From an uncultured Verrucomicrobiae bacterium (lineage in GTDB: Bacteria; Verrucomicrobiota; Verrucomicrobiia; Limisphaerales; UBA11358): DNA of 64,000 bases. Position numbers and translations under genes: made by a program. Location: the NCBI GenBank assembly GCA_963738175.1, contig CAVTVI010000006.1:263493-327492 (forward strand), read 5' to 3'. This document shows, piece by piece, positions 49,985 to 59,640 of the stretch. Every line of letters begins with the position of its first letter. Position 1 is the first letter of the stretch. The notes below the pieces were generated by a model that was not told where the DNA came from, made no database searches, and worked only from the letters and a program-made list of their open reading frames with translations.

Positions 49985-50770
49985 TCAGTTCGCGGCCACA
50001 GGCACGGCGATGGTCATGTTGTTGATCACGCTGGTCACGCCGTTGATGTCGGCGGCGAGCTTGGTGACAAGGCTCTTTTCCGCGTCGTTTTTGGCGATTC
50101 CAGTCACGGTGACGACGCCGTCCGTTGTCGTAATTCCGGTATGAATGGCGCTGGTCGAACTGTGCGACATCAAGGACGACTTGACCTGGGCCGTGATAGA
50201 CGCGTCATCAATCTTGTCACCGATGGTTGCGTCGGGCGCGGTCGGCGGAGTTTTGGCAACTGTCATCTCGTTGTTGACCGATTTGACGTTGTCAATGTCC
50301 TTGGCGTATTCGGTGGTGAGTTCCTTCTGCGCCAGGCTGCTCGCCTCACCTTGCAAGGTGACGACGCCGTCTTTCGTATAAACGGTGGTTCCGGTGGCGC
50401 TCACGTTGCGATGGAACAACAGCGCGGTCTTCACTTTCGTGGTGATCCAGGCGTCGGAATGTTCCGCCGGCTGTTCGCCGCTGATTGTCAATTGATCATC
50501 CACGCTCGTGACGCCGGGCAAACTCGCCACGGTGTTTTCGGCCATGGATTTGTGCGACGCATCGGCGACCGTGCCGGTCAGGGTGACGACGCCGTCCTTG
50601 GATTCAACTTTGATTGAATCGTCCTTGAGATAGGTTTTGAACGTGTAGGACTTCGCGGCGGACGACTCGATGCGGCTGTCCGTGTCGGCGGCGCGCAAAG
50701 GCGAGCTGGTGATTAACAGGGTGCTGACGGCCGCCATGAGGGCGAGCGTACGGGTCGGTTTGATTTTCAT
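49985..50770 (-). CDS. periplasmic BON-domain protein (OsmY-like, 3-4 BON repeats)
   Basis: Signal peptide plus repeated ..V.V.TKDGVVTL.G.V......A...A..I.GV.SV.N.. modules. Confidence 0.85.
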   Translation of the reverse strand: MKIKPTRTLALMAAVSTLLITSSPLRAADTDSRIESSAAKSYTFKTYLKDDSIKVESKDGVVTLTGTVADASHKSMAENTVASLPGVTSVDDQLTISGEQPAEHSDAWITTKVKTALLFHRNVSATGTTVYTKDGVVTLQGEASSLAQKELTTEYAKDIDNVKSVNNEMTVAKTPPTAPDATIGDKIDDASITAQVKSSLMSHSSTSAIHTGITTTDGVVTVTGIAKNDAEKSLVTKLAADINGVTSVINNMTIAVPVAAN

Positions 50771-50842
50771 TATGTTTTAATTTTGTTTATTGCGTTATTG
50801 TTTTTTTACACTAGAAACATGGTGGCGGGTGCGTCGGTTCTT

Positions 50843-50864
50843 CGCTATGGGGTGTAACCCTACC
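50843..50864 (-). promoter_or_regulatory. stress-block palindromic box, copy 13
   Basis: GGTAGGGTTACACCCCATAGCG, 72 nt upstream of ATG 50770. Confidence 0.6.
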
Positions 50865-50903
50865 GTGCAGTTCAGGGATTTTTTTCCGAAATGCATGACG
50901 CGG

Positions 50904-51047
50904 TCATTTGGTGCCGTTCTGAATTCCCTGGCCGGCGTTTGAAACATCCTTGCCGAAGCCATGGGCCGTGTTGCAGCCCATGCCGGCGACGAGCGCGAGC
51001 GCGGTGACGGATGACAGAACGACGATGAGTTTGATTCGCTGGAACAT
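50904..51047 (-). CDS. entericidin-like small lipoprotein
   Basis: MFQRIKLIVVLSSVTALALVAGMGCNTAHGFGKDVSNAGQGIQNGTK; ATG at 51047. Confidence 0.7.
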   Translation of the reverse strand: MFQRIKLIVVLSSVTALALVAGMGCNTAHGFGKDVSNAGQGIQNGTK

Positions 51048-51137
51048 ATTTTTATGTTTGGGTTGATGGTTTTGCTGCGGGGTGATGAGCAATATTTTAT
51101 TTTTCACGGCCAGAGTATCACCCGGCCACCTTGCCGA

Positions 51138-51159
51138 CGCCATGGGGTGTAACCCTACT
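51138..51159 (-). promoter_or_regulatory. stress-block palindromic box, copy 14
   Basis: AGTAGGGTTACACCCCATGGCG, 90 nt upstream of ATG 51047. Confidence 0.6.
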
Positions 51160-51223
51160 GGCAGTCAAGAGGTGATTTCCGAAACACGCCGTTCTTTTAT
51201 TCCAGACGGCCTCAATATCCGCG

Positions 51224-54001
51224 TTAAACCGGTTTCGCCGCGCCGGGTTGATCAAGCACTTCGCGCACTTTGTTCGCCAGCGCGGACGGCGTGAACGGTT
51301 TCTGCAGGAGCGCCACGCCCTTGTCCAACACGCCTTGGTGGACGATGGCGTTCTCGGTGTAGGCCGAGGTGAAAAGAATCTTGGTCTGCGGCCGCAACGC
51401 CCGCAAGCGGTCGGCCAGTTCCTTGCCGCTCATGTGTGGCATGACGACATCGGTGAACAACAAATCAATATAGCCGGTGTCACGCTGTTGTTTCAGGTTC
51501 AAGGCCTCGACGCCATTGGCCGCCGTCAAAACAGTGTAGCCCAGACGCCTTAACAATGTCGCCGCCATCTCCCGCAAGGCAGGATCGTCCTCGACCAGCA
51601 GAATGGTTTCCGTCCCGTGCGGCAAATCCGGCGAGCCCAAACGCAGAATGGGAATCTTCGCCTCCGATTCCATTTGCGGCAGATAAATTTTGAAAGTCGT
51701 GCCGCGCCCCGGTTCGCTATAAATGCTGATATGACCTCCACTTTGTTTGATGATGCCGTAACAGGTGGACAAGCCCAGGCCGGTTCCCTGTCCAACGTCT
51801 TTGGTGGAAAAAAACGGCTCGAACACGCGCGCCTTCACTTCGTCGCTCATGCCCGTGCCCGTGTCCGTGATCGCCAGCATCACATAATCGCCCGGTTTCA
51901 ATTCGGGATAACGGCCTACGCTCTCTTCGTCGAACGAGACGTTCGCCGTTTCCAGAATGAGTTTGCCGCCGTTGGGCATGGCATCGCGCGCGTTGATCGC
52001 CATGTTTATGATGACCTGTTCAATCTGTCCGGCGTCCACCTTCACCATATGCAGGTCACTGGCGGGGACAATCTGTGCATTCACATCACCACCCATGAGA
52101 TGGCGAAGCATGCCTTCCATGCCTGCGATGACCTGGTTGAGATCGAGGGCTTCCGGTTGAAGAAATTGCTTGCGGCCATACGCCAGCAGTTGCCGGGTCA
52201 GTGCGGCGGCCCGGCTGGCGGCCCGGTTGATTTCGTTCGCGTTTTTGACCAGCGGACTTCCGGCGGGGAGATCGCCGAGCAGCAATTCACTCTGGCCGAT
52301 GATGGCCGTCAGGATGCTGTTGAACTCGTGCGCAAAACCGCCCGCCAGTTTGCCGACGGTCTCCATTTTTTGGGATTGCAACAACTGGGCTTCGATCCGT
52401 TTGCGCTCGGTGATGTCGCGACCCATGCCAACGAGTCCGATGATCGTGCCAGTCGCGTCACGCAAGGGAATTTTTGAGCTAAGGGACCAGTGGGTTTCAC
52501 CGGCTGCGGTGACGATTTTTTCCTCATGGTTGATGAGGGGCTGGCCGGTTTGAATCACAGCCTGGTCATCGGCAAAATATCCCGCAGCCAGTTCTTCAGG
52601 ATAAATTTCAAAATCGCTTTTGCCGATGGCTTCGGCTTCCGTCTGACAGCCCATGTTTTTCAATTCGGCCAGATTGGCGAGCGTTTTACGACCGGCCAGG
52701 TCTTTGATGTAAATGGTATCCGGTGAATTATCAATCATGGTGCGCAACAGATTGCGTTCTTGCGCCAGCGCAGCGTCAGCCTGCCTGTGTTCGGTGATGT
52801 CAAAAAATATTCCCTGCGTGCCTATGATTTTTCCATCCGAGCCAAATACCGGCGATTTCACAACTTGCCAATACTGTATTTTCCCATCCACACTGGGATA
52901 CTGTTCCTCCACATCGATTCGCTTGCCTGTTTCCATTATCCATTGATGATTAATCGCGCCCTGAATCGCCAACTGGATCTCTTTCGCCGCTTCCGGATGG
53001 TTTGCGAATTCGCTGGCTGCAAGTTCCCGAGACGTTTTGCCCAGGATTTGTTCCGGCGTCATGCCTTTGATCCGGCAATACCAGGAATTCACAAAAACAA
53101 AGCGGCCTTCCGCATCCTTGCGGAAAACGCCGGCGGGCAATTGATCAACCAGCGAATGGTAAAGCGCCTGCGAGTCGGCCAGTTCCCCGGTTCGTTCCTC
53201 AACCTGCGCCAAAGTATGCGACAATTGCGTGCGGCTGCGGCGGGCGGCCAGCAAAACGAACATGACCGCGCCAAAGGCGACGGCGATGTTCGCGATGCCG
53301 AACAGGATGGCGTTATTCTTGATCCAGCCAAAACTGGCAAACGTCGCACTGGCCTGCCCGCCGGAAAAATGATAGCCATAGTCGCTAAAGGCATTTGCGG
53401 CGGCGGTCACACGTTCGGTCAGCGGGGGAATGTTCTGATCCATCGCCTTCATGGCGGCGGCAAAATCCGAGTCTTCCAAGTTCTGGACTTTGCGGAATTC
53501 GGTGTCCAGATCGTTAAAGGCATTTTCCAGATTGGATGCCAGGTTCCGGCCCTCGCCTTCGGGCAGAAGCGTCTTGATGTTTTCCAATTCCGCGCGCGTT
53601 TGAACCGCCGTGTCTTGCACCGCCTTCGCCTTGCCGGCTTTTTCCCCTTGCTGCGCGAAAAGATATTCGTAGGAGTCGAGCCGGTAGATGGCCAGATGCT
53701 CCTGCAACGACGCCAACTCGTTGAGCGCGGGCAGACCCTGATGTTCCAGCGATGCGGCGGTTTTCATCCCGGTTTTGCACACCTGCCAGAGCGTGAACAT
53801 TTGAACAACGGCGAAAACGAAAATCAAAAAAACGACGAGCAGAATGTGGCGGAACGTCGCCCAGAGCGGACGGATTTCCTTTTCGTAGGCCAAAGCGCCA
53901 CGCGCTTCGCCCGCCTCATCCGTTTGCCGGTGCAATCCCTTCGCGGGGCTCGCGGTTTTTTCACGGCTTCCGGTTTGGTTGTTTTTTTGGGTCTTATCCA
54001 T
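51224..54001 (-). CDS. membrane hybrid sensor histidine kinase (helical sensor, PAS x2-3, HisKA, HATPase, REC)
   Basis: TM helices flank a ~170-aa helical domain. H-box FAHEFNSILTAI; DTGTGM; GTGLGLS. C-terminal REC ILLVEDDPALREM..LLFTDVVMPHMSG. Confidence 0.9.
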   Translation of the reverse strand: MDKTQKNNQTGSREKTASPAKGLHRQTDEAGEARGALAYEKEIRPLWATFRHILLVVFLIFVFAVVQMFTLWQVCKTGMKTAASLEHQGLPALNELASLQEHLAIYRLDSYEYLFAQQGEKAGKAKAVQDTAVQTRAELENIKTLLPEGEGRNLASNLENAFNDLDTEFRKVQNLEDSDFAAAMKAMDQNIPPLTERVTAAANAFSDYGYHFSGGQASATFASFGWIKNNAILFGIANIAVAFGAVMFVLLAARRSRTQLSHTLAQVEERTGELADSQALYHSLVDQLPAGVFRKDAEGRFVFVNSWYCRIKGMTPEQILGKTSRELAASEFANHPEAAKEIQLAIQGAINHQWIMETGKRIDVEEQYPSVDGKIQYWQVVKSPVFGSDGKIIGTQGIFFDITEHRQADAALAQERNLLRTMIDNSPDTIYIKDLAGRKTLANLAELKNMGCQTEAEAIGKSDFEIYPEELAAGYFADDQAVIQTGQPLINHEEKIVTAAGETHWSLSSKIPLRDATGTIIGLVGMGRDITERKRIEAQLLQSQKMETVGKLAGGFAHEFNSILTAIIGQSELLLGDLPAGSPLVKNANEINRAASRAAALTRQLLAYGRKQFLQPEALDLNQVIAGMEGMLRHLMGGDVNAQIVPASDLHMVKVDAGQIEQVIINMAINARDAMPNGGKLILETANVSFDEESVGRYPELKPGDYVMLAITDTGTGMSDEVKARVFEPFFSTKDVGQGTGLGLSTCYGIIKQSGGHISIYSEPGRGTTFKIYLPQMESEAKIPILRLGSPDLPHGTETILLVEDDPALREMAATLLRRLGYTVLTAANGVEALNLKQQRDTGYIDLLFTDVVMPHMSGKELADRLRALRPQTKILFTSAYTENAIVHQGVLDKGVALLQKPFTPSALANKVREVLDQPGAAKPV

Positions 54002-54055
54002 GATTCCTATCGTCCAGGAGCGGTTTGTTATTTTTGTCTGTGTTTGCAGCCGCAG

Positions 54056-54481
54056 TTATTTGATTTCGATTTTTTTGACGCCTTTTAATTTGGTGTCGTC
54101 GGGCACGAGGGCGATGGCGCCTTTCGTCGCGGCGACCAGCGCGACCAGTGCGGCGGCGTCATCAGCTTTCTTCGGCTCCGAACCGCGACCGGAGAAAGTG
54201 AGGCGCTGCCAGAAGGTTTTGAACTGGCTGCCATCCATGCCGCTGGCCTGTTGCAGCGCGGCATCCGTCTTGTCCGGCAGCACGACGATGATGATCGCCT
54301 GTCCGTCTTCCCAATACTTGGTCTTGGCGGTGTAAATGTCCTTGAGTTCATCCGCCGACAGGCTGTCGGCGGCGACGCTGGAATTGGCGATCACCACCGC
54401 GCCATCGAGCGCCAGCGCGCTAAACGTGCCGGCCACCAGCAAGACTACGAGCAATCCAATTTTAAGCAAAAATAATTTCAT
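54056..54481 (-). CDS. small periplasmic PBP-like (PstS-family-like) protein
   Basis: Signal peptide; VVIANSSVAADSLSADELKDIYTAKTKYWEDG...FWQRLTFSG; 141 aa. Confidence 0.5.
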   Translation of the reverse strand: MKLFLLKIGLLVVLLVAGTFSALALDGAVVIANSSVAADSLSADELKDIYTAKTKYWEDGQAIIIVVLPDKTDAALQQASGMDGSQFKTFWQRLTFSGRGSEPKKADDAAALVALVAATKGAIALVPDDTKLKGVKKIEIK

Positions 54482-54517
54482 GTTCAGCTTCTTTGATCGG
54501 TTTGGCTTCTGATTGGA

Positions 54518-55732
54518 TTAGAAACTGAATGTGGTTTTGAGCGCGAGCATGAACCAGCCGTCGTCGTTTCTCACCGGGTTGTTGGCATTGTCATCCAACA
54601 GCCCGGTGCCACGGATGTAATGTCCCTCCACCTTGAAAACCCACCACGGTTCCGGGTCGAAGCGGAATGAAAGCGCCAGGTCTTTTTGGGAAGCATCCGA
54701 CGGAGCGGCAAGTTTCCCGCCATTATAATATTCCGTATAGTAGCCGCCGACTACCAGCCACTTGTTAAAACGATAGTCCGCGCTGCCATACCAGGCCTCG
54801 CTGGCGCTAAATGTATGAGTGGCGCCGATGTCCTGGCTGACCTGGATATTGTAATACTCGGCTTGGAACGTCCAATCTTTCCACAAGTATTCGGCGGAGT
54901 ATTGTTGCAATATGACGGGACCCTCGGCGCGCAATGAAATTGAGGAGGGGTTTGGTGGCGGAGCTCCCGTAGGCACTTTAAAATTGTAATCAAAATTGAA
55001 CAAGTATCCAAGGGATGCGCCGAAGCGCAGGCCGTTCACCGGGGTGTTCCACCATAATTGGGAGCCGGCGGTTGATATCTGATCGAAGGAAGTTATGTTC
55101 CCGCCTGGCGGCAGCGAATTGTTGATTACATTCGCCACGCCACTGTCCGGCGCGATGTTGATGAATCCCGCATAAGCTTCGTAAGAAAGACCACCCGCCT
55201 TGCTCAACGGAATGTTTCCGAAAAGAGCGCCCCCATCCAGCGTGCAGGAAAGATTTCGAAAACGCGCGTCATAAATTCCCTGCGGCAACAGCACAAACGT
55301 GCGCGCCAGATCCACGTCTTGAATATCATTGTAAATGCCGCCCGGCTTGCGAATCCGTCCCGCGCGCAGGCCAATGTAGTCGTTAAAGGTATATTCAGCG
55401 GAAGCATAATCGAGAAAGGGCTGGTATTTGCCGGCATCACCCACGTCAAACAGAAATCCTTGCGCCGCGATGTGCGTGCGCGGAAACGGATTGAGCGAAG
55501 TATTTAAGCCGACTTCCATGTATTCGAATGAACCGTTCCTGGTGTTATCGGCGAGGTAATTATATTTGGTCGTGTCCAGAAATCCCTGGCTGACGAAGCC
55601 GTGGAAATCAAATGGCGGCATATTGGTGCCAAGGAGATTCAATTCCGCAGCTTCAAGGTGGCAGGCCGTCAAAGCAACCGGTAATGCAAGCAGCAACCTC
55701 CCGGTCAACTGCCTGATAATGGTTTTGTTCAT
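54518..55732 (-). CDS. outer-membrane porin-like beta-barrel protein
   Basis: Signal peptide MNKTIIRQLTGRLLLALPVALTA; alternating beta-strand pattern; C-terminal ..LKTTFSF. Confidence 0.6.
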   Translation of the reverse strand: MNKTIIRQLTGRLLLALPVALTACHLEAAELNLLGTNMPPFDFHGFVSQGFLDTTKYNYLADNTRNGSFEYMEVGLNTSLNPFPRTHIAAQGFLFDVGDAGKYQPFLDYASAEYTFNDYIGLRAGRIRKPGGIYNDIQDVDLARTFVLLPQGIYDARFRNLSCTLDGGALFGNIPLSKAGGLSYEAYAGFINIAPDSGVANVINNSLPPGGNITSFDQISTAGSQLWWNTPVNGLRFGASLGYLFNFDYNFKVPTGAPPPNPSSISLRAEGPVILQQYSAEYLWKDWTFQAEYYNIQVSQDIGATHTFSASEAWYGSADYRFNKWLVVGGYYTEYYNGGKLAAPSDASQKDLALSFRFDPEPWWVFKVEGHYIRGTGLLDDNANNPVRNDDGWFMLALKTTFSF

Positions 55733-55815
55733 ATTATGACTGTTAGATGACTGGCTGGATTGATTCGCGACACTGGAGTCAATTTTGCCAATGAATGGAT
55801 TTGCTCTCACAAGCT

Positions 55816-57813
55816 TCATGCAATGGCAGGGGGACTTTGACGGACCGTCACTCCTTCCTTCCGAAGAAGGGCGGTGTCAGTTTTATTATCCAGCATGGCG
55901 CGCACTTTGCGGGCGAGGGTGGCGGGCGTGTAGGGTTTGGACAGGAATTCAACCCCGGCTTCAAAGACGCCATGCTGGGCGATGGCCTCGTCGGTGTAGC
56001 CGGAAGTGAACAGGATTTTGAGATCAGGATAAGTTGCCTTCAGCCACACGGCCATCACTTTGCCGCTCATCACCGGCATGATGACATCGGTGACGACCAG
56101 GCGGATCGGCGTTCCTTTATGTTCGCGCGCCACTTGCAACGCCTCCTGCCCGTTGTTCGCGCGCAGCACATTGTAACCTTGGCCTTCCAAAACGCTGCAG
56201 GCCAGATGACGCACGGACGGCTCATCTTCAACGAGCAACACGGTTTCCGTCCCGCGCGGAATCGGGCCCGTTGCGGCGATTTTGGTTGAAATGTCAATGG
56301 GCTGTTCAACGCGCGGGAAATAAATCTTGAAGACCGTGCCCTTGCCCAGCTCGCTTTGCACTTCAATATGGCCGCCGCATTGCTGGACGATGGTCTGGCA
56401 GGTCGCCAGTCCCAGACCCGTGCCCTTGCCCACTGGCTTGGTCGTGAAAAACGGCTCAAACAACCGCCTTTTCACTTCCTCGCGCATGCCGGTTCCCGTG
56501 TCACTGACACTCAACATCACATAATCGCCGGGAATTAAGCCTGCGCGCGTGTGCGCGTCGTTTTCATCGAACGTGACGTTGCCGGTGGTGATGGTGAGCT
56601 TGCCGCCGTTGGGCATGGCGTCGCGGGCGTTGACGATCAGATTCATTATCACCTGTCCGATCTGGCCGGCGTCAGCCTTGATGCGTCCGGTTTCCTTTCC
56701 GGGGACAATCGTCATCTCGATGTGCTCATCAATGAGTCGGCGCAACATTTTGTCCAGGTCAACCACCACGTCTTTGAGGTCAAGCACGACGGTTTGCACG
56801 GTTTGCCTGCGGCTGAAGACGAGCAGTTGCCGCGTCAGCGCGGCGGCGCGATCCGATGCGTGCCGGATCTCCTCAATGTATTTTCGCAGCGCACTTTTCG
56901 GGTCAAGGTCGGCCATGATCAAATCGGTGTAACCGATGATGACGGCGAGAATGTTGTTGAAGTCATGCGCCACGCCGCTGGCGAGATGGCCGACCACCTC
57001 CATTTTTTGCGCCTCGATGAACTGCGTCTCCAGCTTCTTGCGTTCGGTAATATCCTGGGCCGTCCCGAACAGGCCCACGACCTTGCCCTCGGCATCCTCC
57101 ATCGTGTATCCAATCTCCCGGATCGTCTTCAAGACGCCAGCCCGCATTTGGATGCGGTATTCGAGCTCGAAGGATGTCCCGCCCGCTCTGGCTTCGGCAT
57201 TCGTCCGCAGAACCTCCGGCCGGTCGTCGGGAAGCACGCGATTCAAAAAAGTCTCATATCTGCCATCGAACAGCGCCTTTTCGATTTCAAAAATCCGGCA
57301 AAGCTCATCTGACCATCGCAGCTTTTTGCTGGCTAGGTTATACCGCCAGCTTCCCATCTTGGCGACACGCTGGGCCTCCGCTAAATCAGCTTCATTCTCT
57401 CGCAACTTCACATACGTCTGTTTGCGTTCATCACGCTCCACCACTTCCCGCATGGCGCGGCGCACGGCGGGAACAAGACGGGCGAGACGTTCCTTCAGGA
57501 CATAATCCGTCGCGCCGCTCTTGAGCGAATCAATGGCCCGTTCCTCGCCCAGCGACCCGGAAACCAGAATGACCGGCAGGTCGGGCCAACTGGCGCGCAC
57601 GATTTCCACGGCGGACAACCCGTCAAACGCAGGCAGCGAGAAGTCCGAAAGAATCAGGTCAATGCCGCCGCGTTCAAGCGCCGCCACAAACTCATCGCGG
57701 TTTTGCACGCAGGTAACCGCGCAAGGGATGTCCCCCGCTTCCAGCGTGGATTGAATGAGCGCGGCATCGTGGGGATCATCCTCCAGATGCAGGATGCGGA
57801 GCGGGGATTTCAT
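55816..57813 (-). CDS. hybrid histidine kinase (REC-PAS-HisKA-HATPase-REC)
   Basis: N-terminal REC ILHLEDDPHDAALI..LILSDFSLPAFDG; H-box VAHDFNNILAVI; VSDTGTGM; GTGLGLA; C-terminal REC VLLVEDEPSVRHL..LVVTDVIMPVMSG. Confidence 0.9.
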   Translation of the reverse strand: MKSPLRILHLEDDPHDAALIQSTLEAGDIPCAVTCVQNRDEFVAALERGGIDLILSDFSLPAFDGLSAVEIVRASWPDLPVILVSGSLGEERAIDSLKSGATDYVLKERLARLVPAVRRAMREVVERDERKQTYVKLRENEADLAEAQRVAKMGSWRYNLASKKLRWSDELCRIFEIEKALFDGRYETFLNRVLPDDRPEVLRTNAEARAGGTSFELEYRIQMRAGVLKTIREIGYTMEDAEGKVVGLFGTAQDITERKKLETQFIEAQKMEVVGHLASGVAHDFNNILAVIIGYTDLIMADLDPKSALRKYIEEIRHASDRAAALTRQLLVFSRRQTVQTVVLDLKDVVVDLDKMLRRLIDEHIEMTIVPGKETGRIKADAGQIGQVIMNLIVNARDAMPNGGKLTITTGNVTFDENDAHTRAGLIPGDYVMLSVSDTGTGMREEVKRRLFEPFFTTKPVGKGTGLGLATCQTIVQQCGGHIEVQSELGKGTVFKIYFPRVEQPIDISTKIAATGPIPRGTETVLLVEDEPSVRHLACSVLEGQGYNVLRANNGQEALQVAREHKGTPIRLVVTDVIMPVMSGKVMAVWLKATYPDLKILFTSGYTDEAIAQHGVFEAGVEFLSKPYTPATLARKVRAMLDNKTDTALLRKEGVTVRQSPPAIA

Positions 57814-58327
57814 GGTTGACCTCCTTCTTTCCGGGAGAAAGGACTTCACCGTTTTGGATCGAAGTTTCATCTCTCACTATATTTGGCGGCGGTTCATTGA
57901 CCGCCGCCCAAAAGACACCGACTTGTTTGACCGCCTTCATAAACTCCGAAAAATCCACGGGCTTTACCACATAGGCGTTGACGCCATGCTTGTAAAACTC
58001 GGCCAAATCGGGCGCTTCACGCGAAGAAGTGAGCACCACGACCGGAATCAACTTCAAATGTTCGTCCGCCTTCATGGTTTTCAGAACTTCCAATCCGCTG
58101 ACCTTGGGCATTTTGTTGTCGAGCAAGACGACCACGGGATTGCCGGGCGGGCGGCTTTTGAATTTCCCCCGGTGATAAAGATAATCCAGCGCCTCCGCGC
58201 CGTCGTGAACGACTTTGACCTTGTTGGCCAGATGTTGCTCCTCCAGCGCGGTCAACGTCAGTTCCACATCCCGCAGATCATCCTCGACCAGCAGGATGTT
58301 TTTGATGCTTCTGCTTTCAGTGTTCAT
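57776..58327 (-). CDS. single-domain response regulator (CheY/Rcp1-like)
   Basis: ILLVEDDLRDVELT..VVLLDNKMPKVSG..VVVLTSS..AYVVKPVDF. Confidence 0.9.
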   Translation of the reverse strand: MNTESRSIKNILLVEDDLRDVELTLTALEEQHLANKVKVVHDGAEALDYLYHRGKFKSRPPGNPVVVLLDNKMPKVSGLEVLKTMKADEHLKLIPVVVLTSSREAPDLAEFYKHGVNAYVVKPVDFSEFMKAVKQVGVFWAAVNEPPPNIVRDETSIQNGEVLSPGKKEVNHEIPAPHPASGG

Positions 58328-59537
58328 TGATGACTCCGTTTTGTTGCTTTGGGATTGAAAAATAAAAAGTCGCGCCGCCGTCCATCACGCCTTCCGCCCA
58401 CACCCGGCCGCCGTGCCGGTGAATGATGCGCTGGACGTTCGCCAGCCCGATGCCCGTGCCCTCGAACTCGGCCTGACTGTGCAGGCGCTGAAACACGCCG
58501 AACAGTTTGTGGGCATATTGCGGATCGAAACCCGCGCCGTTGTCGCGGATGAAAACCACCGTCTCACCATCGCCGCCCGGAACACAGCCAATCTCGATTT
58601 TGGCCTCGGCGCGGCCGCCGGTGAACTTCACCGCATTGGAAATCAGATTGACCAGCACCAGGCGCAACAGGGCGCGGTCGGCCTGAACGGCCGGCAGCGG
58701 AAGGATTTTGCACGCAATCTTCCGCTCTTTTGTCTCGGCCTGAAAATCACCCAAGGTTTCGCGGACCAGTTCTTCGAGATTGATTTCCGTCTTTTTCAAT
58801 TCGGCACGTCCTATGCGCGAGAACGCCAGCAGGTCGTCAATCAAATCACCCATGCGCTTGGTTGACTGGGAAATAACGGCCAGATGCCGGAGGCTTTTTT
58901 CGGACAGCGACGGCCCAGCGTCGTTTTGCAGCAGATTCACGAAGCCCAGAACATGGCGCAGCGGCGCGCGCAAATCGTGCGAGACGGAATAACTGAACGC
59001 TTCCAGCTCCGCATTGGCGGCTTCCAGTTGCGCCGTGCGTTCAGTGACACGCTGCTCCAGTTCCGCGTTGAGACGTCGTATTTCACCTTCCGCCCGTTTG
59101 TGCTCGGTTATGTCGCGGATGTTGCATTGAATCACTTTTTTGTCACCGGCTTCATACACATTGCTGACAAACTCGACGGCACTCTTGCGACCGTCCCTCG
59201 TTTCCAGCGGCAGATGCTCATAGCGGACATAACCGTTCTTTTGTAATCGCTCAAGCATGACCTTGTTCGACTCGATGTCCTTGAACGGACTCAACTCGCC
59301 GACAGTTAGGCCGACCATTTCGTTGCGGGAAAAACCCAAGAGGTTAACCAGGAAAGGATTCACATCAGTGATGCGGCCCGTATCCACATTCAGAATCAGG
59401 ATGCCGTCCTTTGCCGCTTCAAACAGCCGGCGATAACTGATTTCAGAGGCGCGAAGCGCCTGCTCTGTCCGCGTCTCGTCTGGCACAGTGTGGATTTCGC
59501 TGTGAGCAACATTCCGGTTTTGATGATCACTGTTCAT
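58317..59537 (-). CDS. cytoplasmic PAS histidine kinase
   Basis: PAS (YRRLFEAAKDGILILN); H-box VSHDLRAPLRHV; IRDNGAGF; GTGIGLA. Confidence 0.9.
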   Translation of the reverse strand: MNSDHQNRNVAHSEIHTVPDETRTEQALRASEISYRRLFEAAKDGILILNVDTGRITDVNPFLVNLLGFSRNEMVGLTVGELSPFKDIESNKVMLERLQKNGYVRYEHLPLETRDGRKSAVEFVSNVYEAGDKKVIQCNIRDITEHKRAEGEIRRLNAELEQRVTERTAQLEAANAELEAFSYSVSHDLRAPLRHVLGFVNLLQNDAGPSLSEKSLRHLAVISQSTKRMGDLIDDLLAFSRIGRAELKKTEINLEELVRETLGDFQAETKERKIACKILPLPAVQADRALLRLVLVNLISNAVKFTGGRAEAKIEIGCVPGGDGETVVFIRDNGAGFDPQYAHKLFGVFQRLHSQAEFEGTGIGLANVQRIIHRHGGRVWAEGVMDGGATFYFSIPKQQNGVINEH

Positions 59538-59640
59538 GATCCTGTCACCGTTAATTTCATTTCTCCCCGCAAAGTTTGGCTTACGCCATCAAGAGATTTC
59601 TCGGGCAATGGTTTAATGATGAACAGAAAAGGGACACAAT

